DNA of 63,331 bases, counting the filler, from Chrysochromulina tobinii (Eukaryota), in the NCBI GenBank assembly GCA_001275005.1. It is 3 parts of 3 records of this genome, joined end to end, with 100 filler letters (N's around TTAATTAATTAA, not from the genome) between each part and the next. Parts side by side here need not be neighbours in the genome. Positions count along the whole stretch, not along the records: positions 1 to 28,129 come from JWZX01001410.1; positions 28,230 to 53,739 come from JWZX01001411.1; 1 more part is not named here. One strand, 5' to 3'. Below the pieces are notes generated by a model that searched no databases, was not told the DNA's origin, and saw nothing but the letters and a program-made list of their open reading frames with translations. This document shows, piece by piece, positions 18,699-29,544 of the stretch. A program made the position numbers and the translations under genes. Within the stretch, counting starts at the first letter, position 1. Each line of letters begins with the position of its first letter.

Positions 18699-21600
18699 TC
18701 ACATGCGTTGCTGATCCTCGGCGGCGCGCCGGTGCATGCGGAGCATCTGCTCTTGTTGGCTGAGCACCGCCTTGAGGTTGACAAGCTGCACCGTGAGCGA
18801 CGAAGCCTCCGCCGCCTTGGCCTCGAGCTGCGCACTGAGCATAGCCTCGCGATCGCCCATTCCGCCACCAGCAGCGCCATCGCGGGAGCGGCCCTGCTCG
18901 GCGAGGCCTCCTCCTCCGCCGCCGCCGCCGGAGCCCCCGCCAAACAGACTCTCGAAAAAGCCAGCGCCGCCAGCGCCGCCAGAAGCAGCGCCGCCAGCGC
19001 TCGCGCCAGCGCCGCCCGAGCGAGCCTGCTCGTCGCGCATCTGGAGCTCGCGGTGGAGCTCCGCCAGCTGCTGCTGCAACGCCGCCACCTGCTTGCGCGA
19101 CATGACCACGTCATTGTCGCCGACGCCGCGCGCCCGGCGCAGCGCCTCGAGCTCGGCCAGCTCGGTTGCATGGACATGGGCGAGCTCCTTACGGATCGCA
19201 TCCCGCGTCTTCTCCTCGAAGGCCTCTCGCTCGAGCCGCTCGCGCTGCCGTTGGTTCTGCGTCTCGACGACGCTGAGCTGGCTCGCGCGAGATTCCTTGA
19301 AGTGCGCAAGCTCGGCCTGTCGGATGCGATCTTGTGCATCGAGCTCCGTCCTGCGAAGCGATGCCTCGAGCGACGCGATGCGCGCCTGTGCCTCGAGACG
19401 CGCCTCCGAGCGCACCTGACGAGGGAGGCAATTATGGGTCATCAGTGATCATCAGAGGTCATCAGAGGTCATCAGAGCTCGAGACGCGCCTCCGAGCGCA
19501 CCATGTCGACACGGCGCGCCTCCGCCTCGCGACCCGCCAGCGCGAGTCGGAGCTGAGCTGCGAGCGCATCACGCTCCTCCATGGCCCGAAGCACGCTCCC
19601 CGCGTTCCCGTGCAGCCGGCTCGCGAGCACATGCGCGCGCCATGCGTGGAAGAGCTGTCGAGTCCAGCCGCGTGAACGGTGGACCTCAAAGGCGGTGAGC
19701 AGCTTGCTCAGTCGAGCCGCCGCGCCCTTCTCGGCCCGCTCTTCTTGCGCGTGCAGCATCTCATCGCGCTCGCGTGTCAGGGCAGACGTCCTCGCAAGCT
19801 CATGCCACGCATGCAGGATCCGTTGCACGGAGGCCCCGATCATCACCTTGAGGACCCGGCTCGCCATCTTCTCCTTATGGGCTGAGAAGAGCTCCTTCTG
19901 GAGCCGAGTCTCGGCGGCGCGCTCGTCCGCCGCCGAACGGCGCCTCTCGAGCTCACGAGCTCGAATCTCCCCTCGAACGAGATGGCTCCATGCGCTGAAG
20001 ACGGCGCGTTGACCGATGCAGCCGGCCACGCCGTGTAGGAGCCTCTTCGCCGCTTTCAGAGTCCTTCTCTCGAGCACCAGCTCCACCCTCTCTCGCTCCC
20101 GCTCATCCCTCTCTTGCTGGGTGAGGGTGGCCCAGGCACGAAAGGTGGCACGCAGGCCGATGCCGAAGGCGACGAGGACGCCCAGCTTGCGAGCCAGCGT
20201 CTCCTTTTGAACCATCGCCTTCTGCTCGGCCGCCAGTTTCTGGTGCTCTTGCGCTGCGGCCGCAGCACGCGCCGCACGCGCCGCCGCCGTCTCGTTCTCG
20301 AGCTGCGAGCGGAGGGCCGCATTCTCTTGCCGGTAGGCCTCGAGGGCGGTGGAGCGGCTAAGGGCCTCGAGGCGCATTGCGCCAATGGACTCGCCTGATG
20401 AGGGAGGCAATCAGAGGTCATCAGAGGTCATCAGAGGTCATCAGAAGTGATCAGCCACTGCTGATCGAGGCGCATCAATGGACTCGCCTGTAATGGCCTT
20501 CTGCTGCTCGATTTGGCGAGCGAGCTGCTTGGACTGATCCTCGGCGGTACGGCGCACCTGATGAGGCAGTAATCAGGCAATAATGAGGCAGTAATGAGGC
20601 AGGCCATCAAGGATCCTCGGCGGAACGGCGCACCTGATGAGGCAGGCCATCAAGGAGCTCATTACAGGCCCTCAGCGGGCAATCACGCTCATCCATGGCG
20701 CGGCCACGAGCTGTCATTGCTCATCAACGCACCTGGTCCGCCGCGGCGACAAGCTGTGCCGCACGCTCCCTCGATGCGAGCAGCCGCTGCGTGCGAGCGT
20801 AGCGTGCCCACGCGCTGAGGACGATGCGCACGAGACGCTCGCGCGCGCCGTGCAAGAGCTTCTCGGCGGTGACCGTACGCATCTGGAGCCAGCGCTGCAG
20901 CTGGTTCTCGTGTGCCTCCTCGGCGCTCAAGGCAGCCTCCTCCCTGTCGAGTTTGCGGAGCTCCTCCTGCTCGCTGAGCTCCGAAGTGGCCTCGGTGAGC
21001 TGCGCCTGGCACCTTGCAAGAGCGGCCTCGGCCTCATCCAAATTGCACTGCGCATCGCTCAGGTCAGCCTGCAGCTTCGCGACCTCGGCTTTGGCAGCCT
21101 CGAGCTCCCTCTCATGCGCGCGCCTCTCATGCGCACGATCGAGCTCCGATCTCTCGAGCTCGCCCAATCTCCGCTGCATCCTCGCGAGCTGCTCGGGCGA
21201 GGTGGCCTGCTGGTGCGCCGAGAGCATCTGCAGCTGCTGCTGCAGGCTGAGCACCTCCGCCTGCTGCTGCTGCACCTGCTGCATGAGCGCAGCCCCTCGC
21301 GCGTGGGCGGCCTGCGTCGCGACACTCGCCTCGGCGGCCTCGCGACGCGCCTCGGCTAGCTGTGCCTTCCACGCCTCCTCGGCTGCGAGACGGCGCCGCT
21401 CGCGCTCCTGCACGTCGCCATACCGGTGCCCCTTTTCATCGGCGAGCCTTTGCTCGAAGCTCCTCTGCTGCTTCCCCTTTTCGTCCTCGAGCTCGGCCAC
21501 TCGCCGCTGAAGCGCGCCTAGCTCGGCGGCGTGAGTCTGGCTCGCCTCGTCCACCTGCGCCGCCGCGAGCGAGCGCGCCACCTTCACCTCGGCCTCGAGC

Positions 21601-24600
21601 TCGAGGAGGCGCTTCTTGTAGCCCTCTCTCTCTTGGGCAGCCTCGCCGCTGTTCGCCTCGCGTTGCCTTTTGTGGAAGGCGCGCACCATCGCCTTCTCCT
21701 CGTCGAGAGCTTCGCGCACCTGTGGAGGAATGCAATCGGGGACGCCATCGGAGTCGCACTCGATCGCACTCTGAGGACTGATGAGGGACGCCATCAAGTC
21801 GGCACTCAACCAGGGCAATCACGCTCATCAGGGGGCTGATGAGGGAGGCCATCGAGGGAGGATGAGGGAGGCCATGAAGTCGGCACGAAACCAGGGCAAT
21901 CACGCTCATCAGCCGCACACACACACACACACACACACCTCGCGAAGGTGGTTCATCTTCTCAGCGAGGGCGGCAAGATCCGTGCGCTCATCTCCAGCGC
22001 TCGTGAGCGCCTCGAGCACGGCCATCAGCTTCACAATGCGCCGCTCGTGCGTCTCCATCTCGCGAGCTCGCTGCGCCTCCACCTCGCCCACCTTCTTCTC
22101 GCCAGTGCCTCGCAGACCGCGTATCTCGTCCTCGAGCTCCCGCAGACGCTTCGCCTGCGACGCCTCACGCTCGCGCACCTGCTGCAGCTCCATCTGCTGC
22201 AGCTTGTGCTGTGAGGCCGTCTTAAAGTTGCGTACCTCGTCCTGCAGCAGGTTCACCTTACTGCGGCTCGCCTCGCGCTCGCCAAGCTGATCGAGCTCCC
22301 ATCGCAATCTCTCAATCTCCGCGGCCTTATCCCGCTCGCCATCCTGAGCTCGCTTGAGCTCGGACTTGTAGATGCGGCCCTGCTGCTTGCGGCCCTCCTC
22401 GGCGCGCTCCGCGGCCCGGGCCACATGACGGAGCTTCTCCTTGAGCACTTGCACCTGAGGAGGGAGGCACTTGGGAGCAAATCAGGGAGCAATCAGGGAG
22501 CAATCATGGAGCAACCAGGCGGATTCCGAGCGCAATCCAGTGCAATCCCTCCCTTCCAATCCAGTGCAATCGAGTGCAATCCCTTCCAATCCAGTGCAAT
22601 CGAGTGCAATCCAGTGCCATCCAGTGCCATCCAGTGCCATCCAATGCCACTACCTGCCCCTCGAGTGAACCGGCGCCCTCGCCTAGGTCGCCCAACACGC
22701 CGCCCCAGTCAAAGGCACCTCCGTCGTCGAGGAGCAGCTGGGCATTGCCGTTAGGCGAGCCGCCAGAGCCTGAAGAGGCACCGAACCCAAAGCCGCCTGA
22801 GCATGTCGCCGAGCCGACGCCGCCTCCCACGCCGCCGCCGCCGCTGGCGCCGCCGCCGGCACCGCCGCCTAGGGCGGATGAGAAGGCGGCGCGCGACACG
22901 CTGCTCACGTGTGCCGAGGCCGGTGGGCGCGGCAGGCCCGTCCTCGGATCGACAGCCGGCGGCGGCGGCAGCGAGGGCCAGAACTCGGGAGATTGCGGCA
23001 GATGGCCGGACGACTGGCCGATGCCATATAAGGGAGGCGATCTCGGCAACTCAATCGGTGGGGGGGGTGAAGTTCCCTTGAGCTGCATCCCAAGCTCCCG
23101 TGCCCTCCCTCGCGAGGGAGGCGCCGTCCCAAGCGCCCAGGCTCGCGAACGCAGGCGCCGTACCAGGCACTTGCTCGTCCGCCCACGCCCGTGCCGCTCC
23201 GTACGCGCTGTGCGGCTCGGCGATTGCATCTCGGCTGAGCTCGGCGCTGAGGGCTCGGCCGAGCGGCGCCGTGGCCGAACCGTTGAACCGGCCGGCCGCC
23301 GCGCCGCCCTGAGCGCCCGAGACAGCGCCCGAGCCGCCGCCGAAGGACGCACGTGGCGGCCGGTGCTTCTGGCGCGCGCCGTACTGAGCGTCGCCGCCCC
23401 CCTTCGTTGGGGTCGCGTCCGCCCCGAGCTTGGGCGCCGTGCTGGGCGCCCCTGGTTTGGGCGGCGTCGCGTCGCGCTTCTTGTCGACGGAGCTGGAACG
23501 TGCCTCGTGTGCGAGGTTGCGCGTGGCGACGTTCACCACCGCGCGCGCGCGCGACGCAAAGTGTAGCGTCGAGAGGGACTCGTGCAGCGACGAGATCGAG
23601 GGCGAGATGGTGCACAGCATGACGCAGAGCGCGGATCCACCCAAACTCTCCTTGAGGAGGTGGGTCAATTTCGAGTTGCGATAGGGCACGTGCGCGGCTG
23701 AGTCCTTACCGGTAGCTGACGAGGCGCCGCCCTGAGCGCCGCCCGCCGCTCCCGGCGGTGGCGGCGGCTGCTGCGGCGGCTGCTGCTGCTGCTGCTCGGC
23801 GAGCGTCTTGATGACCAGTCCGAGGGTCGTGAGGCTCTGGTTGATCGCGATCGCCTCTTGCTGACGCGCGGGCGCGTCGCCCGCGTCCTTGTACCGCTCC
23901 GAGCCAGCGAGATCGACGAGGTGCGCGCGCGAGGTGACTGTCTTGCCGCCTCCCGCGCGCGAGCGGGCGGGCAGCGTCAGCGCAAGCGTGAGCAGCGCGT
24001 GCGAGCGCGACGAGTGCGCATTCATCTTGGTCGCGGCCGTGATGCGCGCACCTTCCGCCTTGGCGAGCAGTTGCAGGAGCTCCTTCGCGGATTGCACGCG
24101 CGGCTCGCTGAGACCTTGGACGTGCACGCCCTTGGCCTCCGAGCGGCGCAGGCGAAGCTCCGCCTTCGAGCTCGGATCGAGCAGGTCGAAGAAGGTCTCG
24201 TTGTGCAGCTGGCAGTAGCTCACATGCACCTTGGCTCCCGGGATCGCGCCCACGCGCTCGAAGAGCTCGGCGCCAAAGCGCGGGATGATGCCCGCCGCGC
24301 GCGCGCGCTCGGCGGGCGAGGCTGTCTCGTCGCTGCTGCCCATCATGCTGAACGTCTTGCCGCTGCCCGTCTGGCCGTAGGCCAGGATCGTGCAGTTGAA
24401 GCCGTCGAAGAGCGCCGCCATCGGGCTGGCGACGAGCTCCGTGTACACCTCGTGCTGCGCCGCCGATTCGGCAAAGCACGCGTCGAACGTGAACGTCGCC
24501 TCCTCCTCACCCGAGGTCACCGTCACTGTCGTGTTCGACGGCATAGCGATGCACGGCTCGCCATCGGCCGGCGTGGACGGCCGGCATCGCACGGCGACCC

Positions 24601-24646
24601 GTACGGGCAGCCGCGCCGCCGCGGAGGTGGCGTCGCCCGAGCCCAT
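18699..24646 (-). CDS. Large kinesin: N-terminal motor and long coiled-coil tail; exons 24646-22654 (one frameshift at the G8 run 23060-23067), 22454-21939, 21719-20733, 20557-20488, 20394-19502, 19415-18699
   Basis: Motor motifs VRVAVRCRP, FTFD, AYGQTGSGKT, NAHSSRSH, LVDLAGSER, HVPYRNSKLTHLLKESLGG. Five introns whose removal gives phase-consistent coiled-coil sequence. The motor-to-tail link depends on the homopolymer frameshift. Confidence 0.75.
19416..19501 (-). other. GT-AG intron (86 bp); its first 24 nt copy the downstream exon
   Basis: ctcgagacgcgcctccgagcgcacc at 19392-19416 and 19478-19502. TGATGACCTC units. Ends taattgcctccctcgtcag. Confidence 0.9.
20395..20487 (-). other. GC-AG intron (93 bp) whose 5' end copies the downstream exon start
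   Basis: Donor cag|gcgagt; ends tgattgcctccctcatcag. 20465-20487 equals 20367-20394 minus 5 nt. Confidence 0.85.
20558..20732 (-). other. GT-AG intron (175 bp) with an internal copy of its own acceptor junction
   Basis: 20612-20645 matches 20536-20569 at 33/34. Confidence 0.85.
21720..21938 (-). other. GT-AG intron (219 bp) with a (GT)n 5' end and internal duplicated acceptor-like motifs
   Basis: HLRE|VREALDEEK in phase. A ~50-bp block at 21781-21831 is repeated at ~21863-21912. Confidence 0.85.
22455..22653 (-). other. GT-AG intron (199 bp) with GGAT(T/G)GCACT array
   Basis: EGQ|VQVLKEKL in phase; ends caagtgcctccctcctcag. Confidence 0.85.
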
Positions 24647-24895
24647 GGGTTACGGACGTCTCCTGTGGCACGTCTCGACCTAGACTGACTCCGTCTGCAC
24701 CGTCGATGTCCGCTGTACCTCCACCCCTCAAAATGGACGGCGCCTCAACCCAAGCCGTGCGGAAAAGCTCCAAGTGCGTTGAAGAGGTGCTCGCAAAACC
24801 CCTTTTTTTCTGGTTCACGACGGGGCATCTCGTTTTTTGGTGCATCGGCGCCCTCGCCGCTTCCGCCACCGCCGCCGGTTCCGCTGCCAGCGCCG

Positions 24896-25645
24896 ATGCC
24901 GTCGACACCGCAACAACCAACATTGTCGGAAGATGAGGAGGTCGCCGCGCTGCGCGCGCTGCTGAACAGTGGCCCTCGGACCAACCGCGCACGGCCCCCA
25001 GCCCTCTCCCCGAACAAGTCGCCGGCACGGCCCGGCGCCGCCGCCAGCGGGGACCAGGCGGCACGGCTGCTGGAGCTCCTGCAGGACAAATCGGGGCTCG
25101 ACCAGGCGAGGCCGATGCTCGAGGCCGAGCTGCGCCAGCGCGAGGCGACCAAGGGCCCCAACTCGCCCGAGACGCTCCTTAGCGTCACTTGTCTCGCGAT
25201 GCTGCTTCAGGCCAAGGGCGAGCTTGCGGAGGCGCGCCCACTCTACGAGCGCGCGCTCATGGGCTTCGAGAAGCAGTACGGGCCCAACCACCGCGACACG
25301 CTCATCGCGGTCAACAACCTCGCGGTGCTCCTCAAGTCGATGGGCCAGCTAGACGCGGCGCGGCCGCTCTACGAGCGTGTGCTCGCGGGCGACGAGCAGC
25401 AACTCGGGCCGAGCCACCCGCACACGCTCGACAGCGTGTATAACCTGGCGCGACTGCTGCATGCGGAGGGCAAGACTGCGGAGGCCATCCCGCTCTTCCA
25501 GCGCGAGCTCGCCGGCTGCGAGCAGCAGTACGGCATCACGCACAACGAGACCAAGACGTCAGCGGCCAACCTATATAATCTCCATCTCGAGCTCGGGCAG
25601 ACGAAGCCGGCGGAGGCGCTGCGCGTCAAGTACGCGCTCGGCTGA
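24896..25645 (+). CDS. TPR protein of the kinesin-light-chain-like (42-aa repeat) type
   Basis: GPNHRDTLIAVNNLAVLLKSMGQLDAARPLYERVL-type repeats. Start uncertain; the ORF is open to 24779. Confidence 0.8.
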   Translation: MPSTPQQPTLSEDEEVAALRALLNSGPRTNRARPPALSPNKSPARPGAAASGDQAARLLELLQDKSGLDQARPMLEAELRQREATKGPNSPETLLSVTCLAMLLQAKGELAEARPLYERALMGFEKQYGPNHRDTLIAVNNLAVLLKSMGQLDAARPLYERVLAGDEQQLGPSHPHTLDSVYNLARLLHAEGKTAEAIPLFQRELAGCEQQYGITHNETKTSAANLYNLHLELGQTKPAEALRVKYALG

Positions 25646-26324
25646 GCGCGTGCGAGCACTCAGGCGGGTGCGGCACGCATGCACGTGAGTGAGTAAGAGC
25701 ACGGTGCTTTCCTCAGAATGGCACCCGGCTCGGCCGTGGAGACGGTTATGGAGACGACGCACATGCGTGAAACCTCAGGTGCAGGTGTATGGACGCGGCG
25801 GGCGGCGCTGGGGAGGCGTGTTGTCCACCCCCCCCGATGCACTGTCATGTGGACCGATCGAAGGCTCTTATTGCGAAGTAGCGTCGTGTGCCGGCGGGGA
25901 CCGCGTCCGGGACCCCGGGCGACAACTACGTGCGAGAAAGGAAAGCATGCGTTATCCGTTTCGTATTAACGAGATTCTTTATTTTGTTTAATACGCGATA
26001 CGCCCCCGGTCCGCGCGGTCGACGTGTCGGTGTTGAAGGCACCCGGGTCAACCCGGCGGGAGGCCTCGCGGCGGGCCGGAGCCCCGGACGCGCCTCGCAC
26101 GGGGCGCCGTCGCTCTGCTCGTACTCGGCTCGCTGGCTCGCTGCCCCCGATAGTAGTGCAGCTCTAGGCTGGGAGGGATATTGTTTCTTCTCCGATCTGC
26201 TGATCTCGTGAACCGCACTGTCCGGCGCGGGTTGGGGGCCGCGGTGCGGTGTGGTGCACGCGCACAACGGCGCGTCAGCGTCGAACGCGCGTGATGAGGC
26301 GCCTCATCACAGCGGACGCTAGCG

Positions 26325-28009
26325 TTAGCGTAAGTGAGTGCTGCGGCTCGGGCGGCCCAGCTCAGTGGCCCCGGTGCTCACACGACGGAGTGGCGTGACG
26401 CCCTTGGCCGTGTGGAGCACTGGGGTGATGCGCGCCGCCGCCGACGAGCTGTGGGATGAGCTGTGGCTCCGTTTGAGGCATGCGGCCTCCACGTACTCAG
26501 CGCTACTGACCGCTAGGAAGCCCGACGAGACGAGCATCATGCCGAGGAGCAACGAGCCGTTGAGCCGCGCGCGGCCGCGCAGCACGTCGGAGGCCAGCGC
26601 AAGTGGGATGGAGAGCGACAAGCCGACCGTCGCCACGAGCGGCGACGAGAGGAGCATCGCCTTGGCGAGGAGCAATCAGACGTCATCAGAGGCAATCAGA
26701 CGTCATCAGAGGCAATCAGACGTCATCAGAGGCAATCAGACGTCATCAAGGGGCCATCCGGTGCGAGCATCACCTTGGCGAGGAGCACATTCGAGAGCAA
26801 TCAAGAGCAAACAAGAGCAATCAAGAGCATCACCTTGGCGAGGAGCACATTCGAGAGCAATCAAGAGCAATCAAGAGCAATCAAGAGCATCACCTTGGCG
26901 AGGAGCACATTCGAGAGCAATCAAGAGCAATCAAGAGCAATGAAGAGCATCACCTTGGCGAGGAGCACATTCGAGAGCACGGTGCCGAGGATCGCGTTGA
27001 GAGCGAGCGCGAGCATCGTACTACTGGAGGGCAGCGCGAAGAGCTCCCAGTGGAGCAGGTGGAGCAGTGGTAGCCCGACGGCCGTGATGACACTCGTACT
27101 CAGCCCTATCAGGCCGAAGAGGTAGGGCATCGGCAGGGCTGACTCGTCGGGCAGCTCACGCTTGAGCTGGGCAGCATACCCTCCGTATAGCACCGCAGAC
27201 ACGAGCGAGATCGCATTGCCCTGGAGCGGCCGGGAGCCATATGCGCCGACGCTGACGCCGCCACCCTGGAGCATGCGCAGGCCATGCGCACCGGCGCCGC
27301 TGCCACCGCCGCTACTGCTGCTGCTGCTGCCGGCGGCGCGCGCGCCGCCGCCGCCGTAGCGCACGACGACGAGCACGCCGCAAAAGGAGATGATGGTGGC
27401 AAGGAGCTTGACGGGTCCGACGCGCTCACGTAGGAACAGCACCGAGAAGAGCAGCGTCCACAGAGACGACGACGCCGCGATAAGCGTCACCGACGAGACC
27501 GTCGACATCTCGAGCCCCAGAATGAAGCACAGCTGCGACGCGAAAAATAGCAGGCCAACGCGCGCGCCAACTGCGAGCTCGGCGAGCGGGCCGAGCGGCG
27601 CGGCGCGGAGCGACTCGTCGCCCAGGCGGGAGGTGTCACCGCTCGCGCCGTGCACGAGTTCGTATTTGCTGCGGCAGCCGCACAGCGCGGCCCAGAGCTT
27701 CGCCGTGCGCTGCGGGTAAAAGGGAAGGTACACGTTGAGCATCGCCATCGAGAAGTATGTGACGAAGTAGGGCTTCTCGTAGTGATCGGACTCGAAGACG
27801 AAGTGCTGCATCGCCACAGACGAGGCGGTCCACAGCACGACGACGAGCAGCACGAGCAGCGCGCCAAGCACCCTCGGCGAGCACGGCAGCCGCAGCCTAG
27901 CAATGGCGCGCAGCAGCCGGACCGTCAGGGCAATGACCGTCACCACAAAAAGCCCGACGACCGCGAGCGCGAACTTACGAAACGGGGACTCGCCGCCGCC
28001 GTCGTCCAT
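26325..28009 (-). CDS. SLC35F5-like DMT-superfamily transporter; exons 28009-26954, 26660-26325
   Basis: YEKPYFVTY, TVSSVTLIAASSSLWTLL, and LLAK|AMLLSSPLVATVGLSLSIPLA restored by splicing. Many TM segments. Confidence 0.85.
26661..26953 (-). other. GT-AG intron (293 bp) with three extra 60-bp copies of the exon-end/donor junction and a 20-bp array
   Basis: gagcatcaccttggcgaggagcacattcgagagca at 26765, 26825, 26885 and 26945. ggcaatcagacgtcatcaga array at ~26671-26748. Confidence 0.9.
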
Positions 28010-28129
28010 GTGAAGTCGAGACTACCGGGTACCCAAAAATGGGGCAATTTTTCCGTGTTGGGGAGAAAGGAAAAGGGGGGGGCGCGCGCAGCGCGCGGGG
28101 GCGCGGAGCGCCCGAGGGCGCCGCCGGAG

Positions 28130-28229
28130 NNNNNNNNNNNNNNNNNNNNNNNNNNNNNNNNNNNNNNNNNNNNTTAATTAATTAANNNNNNNNNNNNNNN
28201 NNNNNNNNNNNNNNNNNNNNNNNNNNNNN
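28130..28229. other. Artificial contig spacer (Ns plus the six-frame stop linker TTAATTAATTAA)
   Basis: 44 N + TTAATTAATTAA + 44 N. Confidence 0.97.
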
Positions 28230-28591
28230 GCCGCGAGAAAAGTCGAGTGGGGTCCCGCATTGCGGGAGTTCGAAAATTTTGTCGGATCTCGTTTCACACC
28301 GGCGTGCAACACGTCGGAAGATCTCCAGGAGGTCGCCTCGATGTCGGAGATAAGAGTCGAGTGGAGAGTCGGGCCCTGGCGCCGGATCTGGTTTCTTAGT
28401 GGCGGGGCGTGCTCCTGCATCTTTGAGACCTTTGTGCGCTTGGCCGTTACGTACGAGTTATAGAATCACTCGTTACAGTTCTCGTTACCGCAGTGCCCCG
28501 GACAGAATCGTACAGGTGCGACACGACGAACAAATTGTATGGACGTTGCACGTCGGGCAAGCAGGGGAGGCGGTGCGCAACTGATCTTCCT

Positions 28592-29380
28592 TCACGAGAG
28601 GTCACGTGCCAAATCTTCCTTCACGGGCGGCGGTGGGCGGTCGTTCGGGTGCCACTTTTGTCCTGGAGGGTTCTCGAGGAGGAGCGTAAGTGGCGTGGCG
28701 CGCGACTGAACGAGCTGGGCAACCTGTCCCACGAACCAGTCCTTCACCTCGGGGTTGTCGACGAGCCCCTCATTTTTTGAGAGGTCGACACGCGTGAGCG
28801 AGGTGTTCGTCGCCAGCATGGCCGCGATGTGGCGCGCGCCCTGTTCGTCCATGCCATTATCTCCCAGGTCGAGGTTGGTGAGCGTCTTGTGGTGTGCGCA
28901 CGCCTTCGCGATGTACTCGGTGCCCTCCCAGCCCAGCTTGCAGTAGTGCAGCTTGATCGACTTTATGCGCGGGTGAACAGCGAGCGCGTCCGCAAGGTAC
29001 CTTGCGCCTTCGGGCTCAATCTGCCACTGCTGCAGGTCGATCTGCACGAGCTTTGGCATGTGCAGCAGCGCGCGGCCGATGGCCTTGCCACCCGCGGGGC
29101 CGACCTCGTTGACGAACATGTTGACGTTGACCGCGTTCGCCGCGTGCGAGAGCAGGTCGCCTAGCGCCTCCGCGTGCTCGCCGGTAAGCTCCCGCCAGCC
29201 CCAGTCGATCGTCTTCGCAGCGCTCACTTCAGCGATCGTCGTGTTGAGCTTCTCGGCGAGCGACTCCGCAGTCCACTCGGTCACCTTCGTCTTTTGCCAC
29301 GACGCACCCTTGCCTGCTTGAAGTTTGGCTGCTACGTCTCCCTGCATGGCCGCAGGAACAAGTGCGTTCTGGCCCGGCAT
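28592..29380 (-). CDS. RNI-like leucine-rich repeat protein
   Basis: 28-aa LRRs such as LTNLDLGDNGMDEQGARHIAAMLATNTSLTRVDLSKN. Confidence 0.85.
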   Translation of the reverse strand: MPGQNALVPAAMQGDVAAKLQAGKGASWQKTKVTEWTAESLAEKLNTTIAEVSAAKTIDWGWRELTGEHAEALGDLLSHAANAVNVNMFVNEVGPAGGKAIGRALLHMPKLVQIDLQQWQIEPEGARYLADALAVHPRIKSIKLHYCKLGWEGTEYIAKACAHHKTLTNLDLGDNGMDEQGARHIAAMLATNTSLTRVDLSKNEGLVDNPEVKDWFVGQVAQLVQSRATPLTLLLENPPGQKWHPNDRPPPPVKEDLARDLS

Positions 29381-29544
29381 GGTGCCACCAGAAGAGAGCA
29401 GGCCACTGCCGCGCCACAAGTTTCCCCAAGTTTACCCCCAAGTTTGGTGCAAGTTTGGGAGGCATGAGAACTTAGACTCTACACAACCTCTCCTGTACTC
29501 CCGTGCATCCTCAACTCCCCGTAGCATTCCGGCTCGACCCGCAC

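Noticed and set aside
26765..26979. CRISPR array (~35-bp repeat with ~25-bp spacers)
   Set aside because: The spacers are near-identical decamer runs, the repeat is the host exon/donor junction, there are no cas genes, and the context is eukaryotic.
28130..28229. TTAATTAATTAA palindrome as a piggyBac site or biological motif (also 53784-53795)
   Set aside because: It is centred in N runs of fixed length and is a six-frame stop linker added during assembly.
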